A stretch of 61,318 nt of DNA from Conidiobolus incongruus B7586 (Eukaryota). Where the stretch lies: positions 1-61,318 of the forward strand of contig JNEM01008905.1 in the NCBI GenBank assembly GCA_000697335.1, written 5' to 3'. Below, one piece after another: positions 1 to 12,394 of this stretch. The notes beneath the pieces are model-generated. The model had not been told where the DNA came from. It did not search any database and saw nothing but the letters and a program-made list of their open reading frames with translations. Made by a program: the position numbers and the translations under genes. How positions within the stretch are numbered: the stretch's first letter is position 1; every line of letters starts with the position of its first letter.

Positions 1-597
1 TATATTAAGTATTTAGTTTAAATTAAATCAAATAAATTATATTTAATATATAATGTAATAATTTATAAAATGATTTAATTTTAATATACGGTATTAATTT
101 TTGAAAATAATGGAAACAAGATATAATGAATAAATATTATATTGTAATATTTATAAAAATGTTTTGATTATTATATTCAATAATTATAATTCAAATAAAT
201 TTTATAAAATAATTAAAATTAAATTATATTAGAGCTATATAAACTATGAAAATTGGTTATTTAATTTATTTTATATATAATATTAAATATATCATCTGGC
301 TAATAACTTTATACAAAAATCCAAATAAGTCAAGGTAATATTATTCCTTGATATTATTTTAAATATAAATATAATCCTATATAAGTAGTAAAATTCAATA
401 ATTATACAATAATGATCAAATCCAAAAATTACTAATTAAATAGTAATTACTACTACTTTTATATACTCGAATATGAAATATTATTGAAGAATATAATATA
501 TATAATTTATATATTTAAAGGTTCAAAGAATAAGTTCAAAATTCTAAATTAATGTTTTAATAAAATAAAGCTAAAAACAATAAAATTATAATAATTA

Positions 598-1560
598 TTA
601 TCTTCCCTGTTTTTCGATAAAAGAATTCTCTGCTAATACTAATTATATAACCTCTTTACATAGGTTTTTATGATTTGTCTTCAAAATTACACCATTTATT
701 ATGAAATATAAAGCTGAAATATCATGATAATTTTTCCTTGAATCAAACTCTTCAACTTATGAAAATAATCATAACCACAAGGATTCATATCTGGTGAATA
801 TGGTAATAAAGATTCGTTTGTTTAATAAATAAATTTTTAATAGGTTTTGATATATATGAAGCTATTATTGAATAAAATAAATGGTTTTTAATTTAATTTT
901 TCTTACACCAATTTACAATATTGATTTTCAAATTTAAAATGTACTTTTCAATTATAGTTTATTATTCTGGCAATAATTGCTAAAATGCTATATTAATAAT
1001 ATCTATGCTTAATAATTATCTATCATTTTCAAATAATTTTTGATTTAGAATTTTAGTTTTAATTTTTCAAAAATAGTATTTTTGTGATTTTTCGATATTG
1101 GATTATATAATAGAAACCATGATTCATCTATTATTATAATTTTTTTAATTATAATAGGATAAGAGTGATAATAATATATATTTATATTTCCTGTATTTTT
1201 ATATTTATTTGATCTTTGAATAAATTATAAAATACTCATACTCTTATTTTTTCAACTAATTCTAAATTATCTTTTAGTATAGTAAGAATAGAGTTAATAT
1301 TAAAATGTACATATTGTGTTAGTTCTTTTGCTAAGATATATTGGTGATATTCGAAATATTTCTTAATTTTATTTATATTACATTAGTTATAAATATAAGA
1401 TAGCTTAAACAAGGTAAGTCTTTTATATTTTATCTTTTACCTTTTTGATTAAACAGATTTGCAATATTATATTTTGGAAGCCCTTTGACACTAGTTGCTG
1501 GATGGAGATTTTAGTGAATAGTTAATATAGAATGGTTTGTATAGTATGTTTTTTTGTTAA
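598..1560 (-). mobile_element. Degenerate mariner (Tc1/mariner) transposase relic A
   Basis: Minus-strand fragments read ILKDNLELVEKIRV*VFYNL (WVPHEL-like), IIIDESWFLLYNP (first catalytic D at 1126-1128), PYSPDMNPCGYDYFHKLKSLIQGK (YSPD at 789-800) and C-terminal IEKQGR*. Multiple stops and frameshifts; 5' limit approximate; TIRs not identified. Confidence 0.8.
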
Positions 1561-2724
1561 ATGCTGTTTGTTTAACTCATATAAAATGAAAAATTTTTGC
1601 AATTTTCATTTATTTTGTTTTTTTGTTGAAATTTTCCTATTATATATATAACAAATAAGATGAATTATTAGATCGCTCAATATAATTTAAAATAATACTA
1701 AAATTAGAGTGAAATAGATATGATTTATAAAATAATATTTAATAATAAGAAATTACTTTTTGAAGCACTGGGTAAACACATGCAATGATTTAATTTGAAA
1801 AATATATAAATAATTAAAAATCAAATTTAAGTTTTTAAAAACATATAATATCATTTTATATAAAATATATTTGCTATAGATTTAAATTATAAAACTTTGT
1901 ATTAAGTTAGCGAAAAGATATATCAATAGTTATAATTATAAAATTATTACAAAATTTTATTAATATTAACTATAAAATAATATATATTAAAATCTTTTAC
2001 AATTTAATTAATATTTGCTATTATAATTTTAAAATATATTACTGATTTTATTGAATTAAAACATAATAAAAAGATTATTTATATTCAAGTTATATGACGT
2101 CTATGAGAGATTTAATATTTCAATATGAATATGCCAACATAATGTTTACTTTATAATTTGAATGCGCTTTTATTGACAAATACCTATATTTCCTTATTTG
2201 AAGACTTTATTAGTTGTTATTGAAAAGTTGTTAAATACTAAACCTATCACGCCTTAATCATAATTTAAAAAAATTGGTAATAATTAAAGTAAATATATAT
2301 CATAATATATTCCAATAATTAAAAAGGTTAAATGAGCATTGAATTAGGTTAACTCAAATTTATTAATATGTAAATAATTGAACCAATTTAAAAAATAAAT
2401 TTTGTGAAATTTAAAGCAATAATAAGAGAAATTTTTTCAGATATAATATTTAATTAATATATTAATAACTTAATAGTAGTTAAATAAATATTTAATTATA
2501 GATGGATAATTAAAGAGAAATTAAATTAATTTTTAGTCTAATAACTAAATGATATGTTTAACCGCATTACAGGGAATAAAAAATTTAATTTTGATTTAGA
2601 TTTTTCTTGCTTAAATCCCCCAAGTTCCCTCCTTAAAATAATGATTTCACACTATTTCAGAATATATAAACACGATAATTCTGTAGTTTCTATTTAAATT
2701 TTTTTTCTTTATTTTTATTTTACG

Positions 2725-3831
2725 ATGGGTGCTTGTTTTTCTTCAAATTCTAAGTTATATATTTCTGACCTAGTAGAAGCTCAATTGAAATTAGAGAATG
2801 AAAAATATCGCAAAGAAATTAAATTATTGTTGTTAGGTAATTGATATATTATATAATTATCAAATTTGTTTATTAATTCATTGTCATTATTAGGTACTGG
2901 AGAAGCTGGTAAATCCACCATATTAAAACAAATGCGACTTATTCACAATCATAATTTTACAAGATTGGAGCGCGAGTCGTATGTTAAATTAATATGGTTC
3001 CATATGATTACTACGATGCAAGATATTTTGATCTATATGGATCAAAATAACATTTCTTTCGAAAACGTTTCATTAAAAGATCAGGTTTCAGAGTTTCCTC
3101 TAGTGCCAGAAGCCCAATGGGATATCACCAACCCCGAAGAATATTTATATTGGATTACACTGTTTTGGAACGACTCTAAAACGAAGTCGACGCTCAAGCT
3201 ATTGACTGAGACTGAAGTGAATATGGACTATTTCTTCGATAAGGCGGAAAAGATCCTCGTTCCCAGCTATCAGCCAGATGATCAAGATATTCTTAATACG
3301 AGGATGAAAACCACTGGTATTTCGGAAACAGTGTTTACGATGCACCAATTGAATTACAGGTTAGTAGATGTTGGAGGTCAGAGATCTGAACGCCGTAAGT
3401 GGATCCATTGCTTTGACAATGTGAAAGCTCTATTATTTGTAGCAGCTATCAGTGAATACGATCAAATGTTAAGGGAAGATGGGACAGTGAACAGGATTCA
3501 AGAGGCACTTACACTATTTGAATCCATATCCAATTCCCAGTGGTTCCAAAATACTCCTATGATACTATTCCTGAATAAGGTGGATCTTCTCAGACAAAAA
3601 CTCAAGACTTCCAAAGTGAAAAAGTATTTTCCGCATTACTCGGGACCTGACACTGATTTCGATGAAGTGTGTGCCTACTTCCAGAAGATGTTCCTGAAAC
3701 TACACAATAACCCTCATAATCAAGTATACCCCCACTTCACACATGCTACAGACACCACACAAATGAAACACGTTATTGAATCGGTTAACGATATTATTAT
3801 GAATCAAAATTTAGAGAAATTAGGATTTTAA
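2725..3831 (+). CDS. Heterotrimeric G-protein alpha subunit; exons 2725..2836 and 2894..3831
   Basis: ATG at 2725 gives MGACFS (myristoylation Gly2, palmitoylation Cys). A 57-nt GT..AG intron at 2837-2893 restores KLLLLGTGEAGKST. Motifs RMKTTG, DVGGQRSERRKW, FLNKVD and THATDT are present. Confidence 0.95.
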
Positions 3832-5697
3832 TATAAATCACCAATTTATTGACACTATTTATATTCTATTGTACTAAATTATAAACCATGATGAATAAAA
3901 ATACAATTTAAATAATGATTCAAATTTATTAAATTCGATGATTTCAATAATCCCAATAGGGGACAAGTTAACCAAGAATGAGAATTTAATTTAACTGAAT
4001 TTGCTTTAGCCTAAGTTAACAAATATTTTAATATTCAAATATATTTTTAAAATATTGGTTTTTTATTTACTTTGATTCAAGCCCAAATAATCCTTATTTT
4101 TATCCAAATATCGTTAATTTTGATACCTTTTTATTATGGAGACAATACTGTTTTTATTAAACACCAAAAAATTTACAGATTATAATTTAATGTTGATATG
4201 TCATATTCAGTGTTTAAACAAACAGCTATTATATATTACCAATCTGATAAATAAAATCATAAATGAATTCTCAATGTTATTTATAATTAATATTTATTTG
4301 ATATAGTTTTATATTAATATCAATATAAATAGATACATAGAATTATAAATAACTTCTACAGTGAAATCATTTCAACTGAAACTTATAATAATTGGCAATT
4401 AATTTGATTTTTATCAAGATATTGCGTATCCCTTTAATTCAACGGTGCAATTCCCTGAAAATTGATTTTATTTTGAAATCGAAATTATTCCAAAATATAA
4501 ACCATTTAGGTATTTGATAGCTAAAATTCAATTCGAATAAATGATAATTTGGAAATTGGTAGATATAAACGTGAGATCGATTTAAGGCATAAATTCTAGG
4601 CTTGGTCTTTAATTCTATTGATATAGTATTATTCAATAGAGGGATAATAAAATAACTTAGTAAAACAGATATTTAGTTAAATGATTCTAGAATTCAATTG
4701 AGTAATTTGAGAAATAAGTCATTAAAGCAATATCACTAATTCTTAAATTTTATATTTTATGTCTGTTACCAAAAATGGAGTAATAAGATCAAATAGATAT
4801 GATGTAAATTATTACAACTATTAACAAACTATTACCTATTATACAATTTATAATATTAAATATAATATTGGTATTATTTTAAGCTAGGTAATTAAAATTG
4901 ATATTTATTGTTAAGATTTCAAATGTTCCAAATATTTATATATTTATGGCCAAATTCTAGAATTTTTTACTTAGCTAAATTGAAATATCAATAAACCCAT
5001 TCAATTTATCAAATTATTTGATTATTTTACTATACCAAAGCAAAAACATTAAAGTAATCTAAAAATTTATTTTAATAAATTGTAAATTTTTTTGACTCTT
5101 TTCGCCTTTTATGAATATAGATTTTTATTAAAATACTTCAATTGTTTCAAAGTTATCTTCATTTGGAAAACTCAACAAATTATTAAAGTTTGAATGTATG
5201 CATATATCCTTTAAAATTATCATATATTTATTGGTATATTCAAAATAGATTTTTATCTAAGTAGAGAGATATCATAGAATACTATATACATATCTTGAAG
5301 ACATTATGCGAATTCCAATGCGAAGTTTATTAAATTTCAATAATTAAATACCTACATAGCACTAAAGCATATAATTCAAACCAAATTTAAATAACACAAT
5401 TTTGAGCTGTTGGAATTTTAAACAACAAAATAAAAATAAATTTACAAACTCATTAAAGATAAATAAAATTAAATTTCATTAAGAATATGGCAAAATTATT
5501 TGAAAATATAGTTTCCTTGAATTAATTAATGTTAATTATAAACTTTTGATTAAATCATAAATATAACTTGAGCTGAATGTTATAGTTCAAAATCAAATGA
5601 AGGAGTTGGATATAAATTTTATGGAAAAATTATTTGAATTAAAATATAATTAACCTGATCATTAAAGAAGCGATAATTCAACCCAAAATTTTCATAA

Positions 5698-8166
5698 TTA
5701 ATTCACTGGAGGTTGTTGAGGTGGTGCAGGTGCGGGAGGATTATTGGCCGCGAGGGGTTGATTACGACGGTTCTGCCTCAAGTAGATGAGATAGCCAATA
5801 AAGGCACATAATGAAAGGATGACGATTTGTTCAAATGATATAGTAATCATGATTTCATGTTCTGTGTTTGTATCATCATCATTATCGCGATCGGGCTGGT
5901 TCCATTGCTGCCAAATGTTGTCCTTCTTGGACGACTCGCCATTAATCTGATCCTGGTCGCTTGAGTCCTTGCCGTTCTGGTTGTTGACTGGCACGTTGGG
6001 CTGGGTAGGGTTCATAAATGAGCTAACTCCCTTAGAATCGACGCCATGGAACAAGTAATTATAGAAAAATTTAAAGTTAAGTTGAATCAAAGATAGTGTA
6101 ACTGGAAATGACGCACTGGGGTTGTAGTGGTATGCCAAATCATAGAATCTTTTGGCAAGATAAAAGTCTTTGGATGTGCCAATACCGTTTTCGTGCATCC
6201 ACCCAAGGTTCCAGTAGCCCATGGAGCTTTGGTGCGTTTGGGCAGCATGTGAATAGCATTGAAATGCCTTAGCGGGATTCTTTTCGGTACCTTTGCCTTC
6301 ATAATGATAGTCGCCCATCTTTAGCATACTTGAAGGAACATCATGATTGGAAGATCTAGTCCAATAAAGCAAGGCCAACCACCACTTCTTTTCACCCAAA
6401 AAGAGTGAGCTGATAGGATAATTATTATCGATCAACCATGCAACATTAGATTGGGCTATTTCAAGACCCATCTCAGCTTGTTCCAAGTAGTAAATCAGGG
6501 CATTTTCATAATCTTCAGCTTTAAAAAGCTTTAGACCATCGCGGTGAGGAGAGTAGGACCAGTCCATGCCATCTACAACAATTGAATAGTATTTAATTGC
6601 ACTGGAACACATCCTGGGATGTGTTTCAATGGATTGAGCCAGTCGATAAGCTCCTTCTAAATTACCAAGAGCATAGGCTGATAAAAACATTGAGGAAGAG
6701 TACTTGGGATTAAGATCCAAGTAATGAAGTCCCAAACGAATCATAGCTAACGGATATTTATTATCTAGTCCTTTTTTCAAATACGTCAATCCCAAATCAT
6801 TGTAATTCGCTTTAGATTCTGGTTTGACACTACCCTCCATCAGCATGATACCGTACCACGTTTGACTGAGTCCATCGTTGAATTTAGAACCCTTCAAAAA
6901 GTATTGAGCGGCAGTTGAGTTGGATTGATCTACATATTCACCTCTTAAGTGCATGCGACCCAAAAGACCACACGCTTGGCCAAAGTATTTGGATTTGGTT
7001 TCGCCTAAAGTCTTAGGATCGTTATGTTCAGAGTATTTTTGGTAAATTTTGGATAAATAAGCGTGAGCTTGTGCGTGATTCCTGGCAATATGGGAATTTC
7101 CATGGTAAAGGGACACCGCAAGCTGTATCATCGCAGAATCGTCTCCCTTGTTGGCCTTGTGGCGATAGTACTCGATCACATTGGCGATCTTCGACTCGGT
7201 TTGGTGGATTTCGTCCCCCTTGGGATCGATATTAACACCATAAGCACCTCCGTGATGATCCCAAAGTCGGACTGGAGAGGGTGGTAAAAATCGGCCGCCA
7301 ATGGGACCTGTGTAAAATTCCTTCATCGCTTCATCCGCCAAAGATTTGTAAAGGTAAAGTGCGCTTGCACAATGTTCAGGAACACCGATACCGTGAGCAT
7401 AACGATAAGCAAGTGCCTGTTTGGCACCACGATGGCCGAATCTAGCAGCAAAAGATTGATGTAGAATAGCTTTGGAAGTGTCGATGGGGATTCCACCCAA
7501 ACCTGTCGTATGCAGAATACCCAAATAATGATGCGCGGTGATGTTACCATGCACATCGGCCAACTGCTTGAAATACATGAACGCCTTGGGAATATCACGA
7601 TGCTGTCCATAATGAGAATACAAATACATGTTTGCAAGTGTGTACAGCGCATCGGGATGGTCGTCCTTGGCAGCCTCTTCGAGCAACGAGGTAGCCTTGC
7701 TCAAGGTCGGGGACTTAGGTTTCAGACTCGATTTTTGATTTTCGTCATTCTTATCTTTTCTATCGGTGATAAAGTATAAATAATCTAAATATTTTGATAT
7801 TATAGAGGGAGAAGAAGCTTTTTTAGTGGATTCAGCATCCAAAAGAGAACGAGGAACGTGATAATCTTTAAGTAATTTTGTAGCTTCGTCATAATTTTCT
7901 AAATTATTTCAAAATTAATTGATTTAATTTAAATAATTTGAATTTTTTAATTACTTATTGATCTTTCACTTGGTTCAAATTTTGGTATAGAATTAGAATT
8001 TAAAGACTCAATATCCTAATTCAACGCTTTAATCCAATGTATATCAACTTAAAATCATTTCAAAAAATACCTTGTCCAAATATTGACTATTATCATTAGG
8101 AATCAATTGTGACCTAATCAATCCCAATTCTGAACCAAATATTAAAAATAACAGCGGTTTCAACAT
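5698..8166 (-). CDS. HRD3: HRD3/SEL1L ERAD adaptor (Sel1-like repeats, C-terminal TM); exons 8166..8071, 8015..7955, 7898..5698
   Basis: Signal-peptide-like start MLKPLLFLIFGSELGLIRS, with two short GT-AG introns joining it in frame to the long ORF. Many Sel1 repeats, plus AEMGLEIAQSNVAWLID, LKMGDYHYEG and WNLGWMHENGIGTSKDFYLAKRFYDLA typical of Hrd3/SEL1L. TM near the C terminus followed by a Pro-rich tail. Confidence 0.92.
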
Positions 8167-8290
8167 TATATTTAATATTTGCTGAAATATATCCTACACA
8201 CTATATTCTCGAAATTATTTAATTACTTTTGATATTAATTGATATATAAATAGATTTAAATTATTATTTAATATTGAATGTATATAAAGA

Positions 8291-8381
8291 TGAATCAGTT
8301 GTGACAGTTTATGATAATTCAAAATAATTAATGACCAGTTATTATGGGATTATTGTGACCAGTTAAAATTTTCAACGTCAT
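8291..8381. promoter_or_regulatory. Cluster of TGA(C/AT/CC)CAGTT-like repeats plus a CRE/UPRE-like site upstream of HRD3
   Basis: tgaatcagtt 8291, tgacagtt 8302, tgaccagtt 8332 and 8356, and caacgtca 8373-8380 (TGACGTTG on the sense strand), all 125-215 bp upstream of the ATG. Confidence 0.4.
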
Positions 8382-9093
8382 TTACAAATTTAATTAAAGA
8401 CTATTATTTAATAAAATTAGTAAGCAATGATTTTTTTTGAAAAATATTAAATTTTAAAAATGCAAGATTAATTCAAATTGTGTGTAGCTATATATTTAGT
8501 AGTTTAGATATATTCTATAAAAGGCTAAAGTAATTTATATTTTATGATCTAAATATTACAAATTTTTTATAAATTGCTTAGATATCATTCTAAAAATATC
8601 ACTTTTATCATATATTCAGAGAGGAATTAAAGAAAAATCTATATTTAGTCAAATATCCAATTTATGAGATATATATTTAGCATCAAATTAATTTTTGATA
8701 TTTTTAAATACACTTATAAATCAATAATAATGCATTTTATTTTAAAATACACACTCTATATGATCAAAATATTATAATTAAAATAACGCAAAAAAGCATA
8801 AGTTGTACAAAAATTATTTATTCGATTATCATAGAAGCTTAGTCTATGTATTACCTGAATATTTTTTATTATAAAATCAATCAAGGTAATGAAATATGCA
8901 TATTATTTTTATTTTTATTATAATTTAACAAAAGTATATTAAATTTGAAAAAAAAATATTAATAAATTTTTTAATATGATTATTTTAAAATTAATTTTTC
9001 AATTTAAAAAAAAGATATTAAATATTTCAAAATAATTAAAATAAAATTACTTAAATAATATTAAAATTTGATTAAATATTAATTATTTATAAA

Positions 9094-9816
9094 TTATATC
9101 AATAAAATTAATAAACTTAATAAAATTCCATATAAATAAATATTCCAATGTAGTGATATATCCGAATTAAATGTCAAATACTCGAACCCAGGTACGAACG
9201 GTACCATTGAGATCGCATCCCCCTTTGTGATGGATGGCGTGGGCCAGATGTACACTTGCGATTCACTTGAACTCGTTGTCTCGGTTGGGACGGTGTTAGT
9301 TTCAGTTGTAGTGGCTATACTGATTTGGTCTGTGTTGGATTCTGTGTAAGTTGGCGAAAATGAAATTGTGTCGATTGTTGATAATTGAGTCATTTCTGCG
9401 GATGGTATATTGGATGTGGCTTGCGATTGTTGATTTACTTCGGTTTGAATAACATGAGTGGCTGTAGGAGTAACTGAAGATTGTTGAGAATTAATGTGTG
9501 AAGTTGGCACAGATATATGTGTGACAATACTGTTAGGATTATAAGTTGGGGGAACATAATTCCAAGAGGGAGACGGTCCCGCCCCAGTCCTCACTGTATG
9601 CCCTACCAGAGGGCCATACTTTGAGACAATATTTTGATTAATCCAGCTATTTAACTGATTCTGACAATCCCTCCAATAATAAATATTAAATCTTTCCCTT
9701 TCGTAGCAGTCCATGAGAAATCGATTCATAAAATGATTCCAATGCTGCGATCTATAATTCTGAGCAACTAAAAATCCTATTACAAACACTAACCAATTCC
9801 AGTTTATATTGATCAT
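9094..9816 (-). CDS. Secreted Ser/Thr-rich cell-surface protein, possibly GPI-anchored; unknown function
   Basis: 240-aa intronless ORF with coding-like GC. Hydrophobic N terminus, two-Cys N-terminal domain, S/T-rich stalk and hydrophobic C-terminal end (IYLYGILLSLLILLI). Confidence 0.8.
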   Translation of the reverse strand: MININWNWLVFVIGFLVAQNYRSQHWNHFMNRFLMDCYERERFNIYYWRDCQNQLNSWINQNIVSKYGPLVGHTVRTGAGPSPSWNYVPPTYNPNSIVTHISVPTSHINSQQSSVTPTATHVIQTEVNQQSQATSNIPSAEMTQLSTIDTISFSPTYTESNTDQISIATTTETNTVPTETTSSSESQVYIWPTPSITKGDAISMVPFVPGFEYLTFNSDISLHWNIYLYGILLSLLILLI

Positions 9817-12394
9817 TCATAAAGCCTTATTATTTATATCAATTTCAATGTATTAAAGAACGTCACGTTTTATTTAGCATTCCATTCCTTTAACATTTTA
9901 CAATGACCTTAGCTATGTATTTATACTAGGGAGATTTTAATATTATTGCTTTATGATATAAGTGAATCCTTTCGTTTTTATTGATTAATTTAAATAGTTT
10001 CATAATGCCTTGAATTGAAATTGGATATTTGATTTAAAGAAATTAAATTTTCATTTTACAATAAAACTTTTTTAAATTTCCTAATATAATATTTAAAAAG
10101 ATCATAATTTGAATTAATAGTTTGAAATAATAATCATAATATCATATTTTAATGTAATTCAGACCTTGAAAAATTAATTAAGTTTATTCTTAAAAATATT
10201 AAATAATGTATTTATTTTATATGCATTCTAAAATCATATTTTATATCTGCATTACCAATCAAATTTACCATAGTAATCTCAATCATGTTTGAAACCAAGA
10301 GCAAAGAATAAAATTGATTCAAGTATGTTAAAATTTAAAATTGGAATATAATTACGAAATGGATTAAATTCAAAGAATTTTATATGATGTTTTTTTAATC
10401 TTAGTTAAAAATTAATTTGCTTTCAATATTATATAATATAGGTGATAGTAAATTGTTAAATGTTATTCACATAGTATAATAAATATTGATATTTTTGAAT
10501 AAAGTATACCTTCTATTTATTAACAATAAATCTAACACTGGAAATAGTACTGGTTTTTTCAATTATTTATAATCATCATTTACACAATTGCTTTCAACAG
10601 ATATCTTTCACTAATGAGTACGCACATTCTCCGGCATAAGTGATTGTGTGAGGTTTTCAGACACAAAGTTGCAAAAGATTGTGGACCAGGAGAGTATGAT
10701 AGTATTTCCATAAGTTTATTAATAAATGTGATAATCAAATGATTCTCCATCCTTTAATTATAACAAAACAAACCAGATTTTATAATAGACTAAATTTTGT
10801 TGAATATATAACTAATAATTTAAAATCAAAATGTGATTGTAAGTTGGTGTAATTAAACTAATGATAGATATTTTTTGATATAGTTTGCCGAATGTATGAT
10901 GTTATCATTTGAAAATTATATGATTAAGTAAAGGATTTGTGCCAATTGAGATGATGTAGTTACCTGATTGATTATAGTGCACAGCAAAGGTGTTGGGCAT
11001 ATCATAGATTGAATCAGGACGGCATTATTTCAATAAACTATGGTTATCTTATTTGTAATGTCTAATAACAAATAATTGCCTCCAAGAATCAATATAGATA
11101 TTATCTAATATATTAACATGATCAATTCATTTATTGAATCGCTAAGTTTATAGTGCCTGAATGTAACTTTATATTAGTGATTCTAAAAAAGATATTCCCA
11201 TATATGAGTCAATTTCTGAATTCAATTTAATAAAATATATTTTAATTCATTGTGGAAAATTAATTATAATTATTATTTAATAATATTATATTTTATATAA
11301 AAATAAATATTCTAATTTTAAATTGTATTATATTAAATCGTATAATTACAAATTAAATATAAAAACAAAAAAGTCAAAAATTAACCTTATATGATAATTT
11401 GGTCACTTTAAAAAAATATATATCAAATAGAATTACCCATATTGAATGCTGTAAAAATATCATATTTCCAGATTATTAGTTATATCTTGTTTATATTAAC
11501 TTATTTCCTTGCTAAAAAGTTAATAATCATACAAATATATATCTTGAGTTTAGGTTCAATTGAAATCATTGATTGTCATGAATGATCTGGTAAAAAATAC
11601 CATTTTATTTGTCATTTAAATAATAAATTAATGTATATTACCATTATTATTTCTGTCAATCGTATTGAATTTAATTCTTTCATTAATACTATCTTAATAA
11701 CTAATAATTACATTATAATAACGCTTAATGGCTTAATGACAAGAGTTACAAACTAGACTTCATTTAACTAATTAACAATTTCAATATTAAATCTTTAAAA
11801 TTAAAATATGAATACTTAAAAATTTAATTTCTAATTTCAAACTTAATACTAAAACTTTATATTGCAATATTGGAATCCAAGTCAATATACAAAAAATTTG
11901 ATACTACTGAAAAATATCTAAAAATATAAGATCAAATTGATTTAGAGATATAAAAATGAAATTGCATTATTAAACTATATATTATTTGTACAATTAATTT
12001 CATAAATACTCTTAATTTTTTATATTAATAATTCAAACTTGTAAGTATTTAATTGATTTGAGACTATTGGGTAAATGATGTAATCCAAAGAATGTTTAGT
12101 AAATGAAATAAAATATATATCATTTTTTAAGATTATAGTTAATCTATCATTTTTTGAATATGTCAGATCTTTCAATTGTATATATTGGAAGAATGAAATA
12201 ATATGAATTTTTCAAATTATCAATAAAGGTAAATGATATAGTGTATTTTGTGGATTTTAATTGAGATCAATAAAATGATTAAAGGTTTAATTTCAAAAAA
12301 TGTTAGATTGTTAGAAATTTATAATTGTTTATACATACATATACTTGAGTCAAATATCGTAATCCATTAAATTATGAAATAAATATTAATGAAC

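Noticed and set aside
2866..2893. ORF-track start of the G-alpha gene (MFINSLSLL)
   Set aside because: It lies within the intron; the true start is ATG 2725.
6087..7779. Short ORFs overlapping HRD3 (and similar ones inside ILV3, the Kelch gene, porters, amidases and NAF1)
   Set aside because: They are alternate-frame or antisense shadows of GC-richer coding sequence; their recurrence in paralogs follows from sense-strand conservation.
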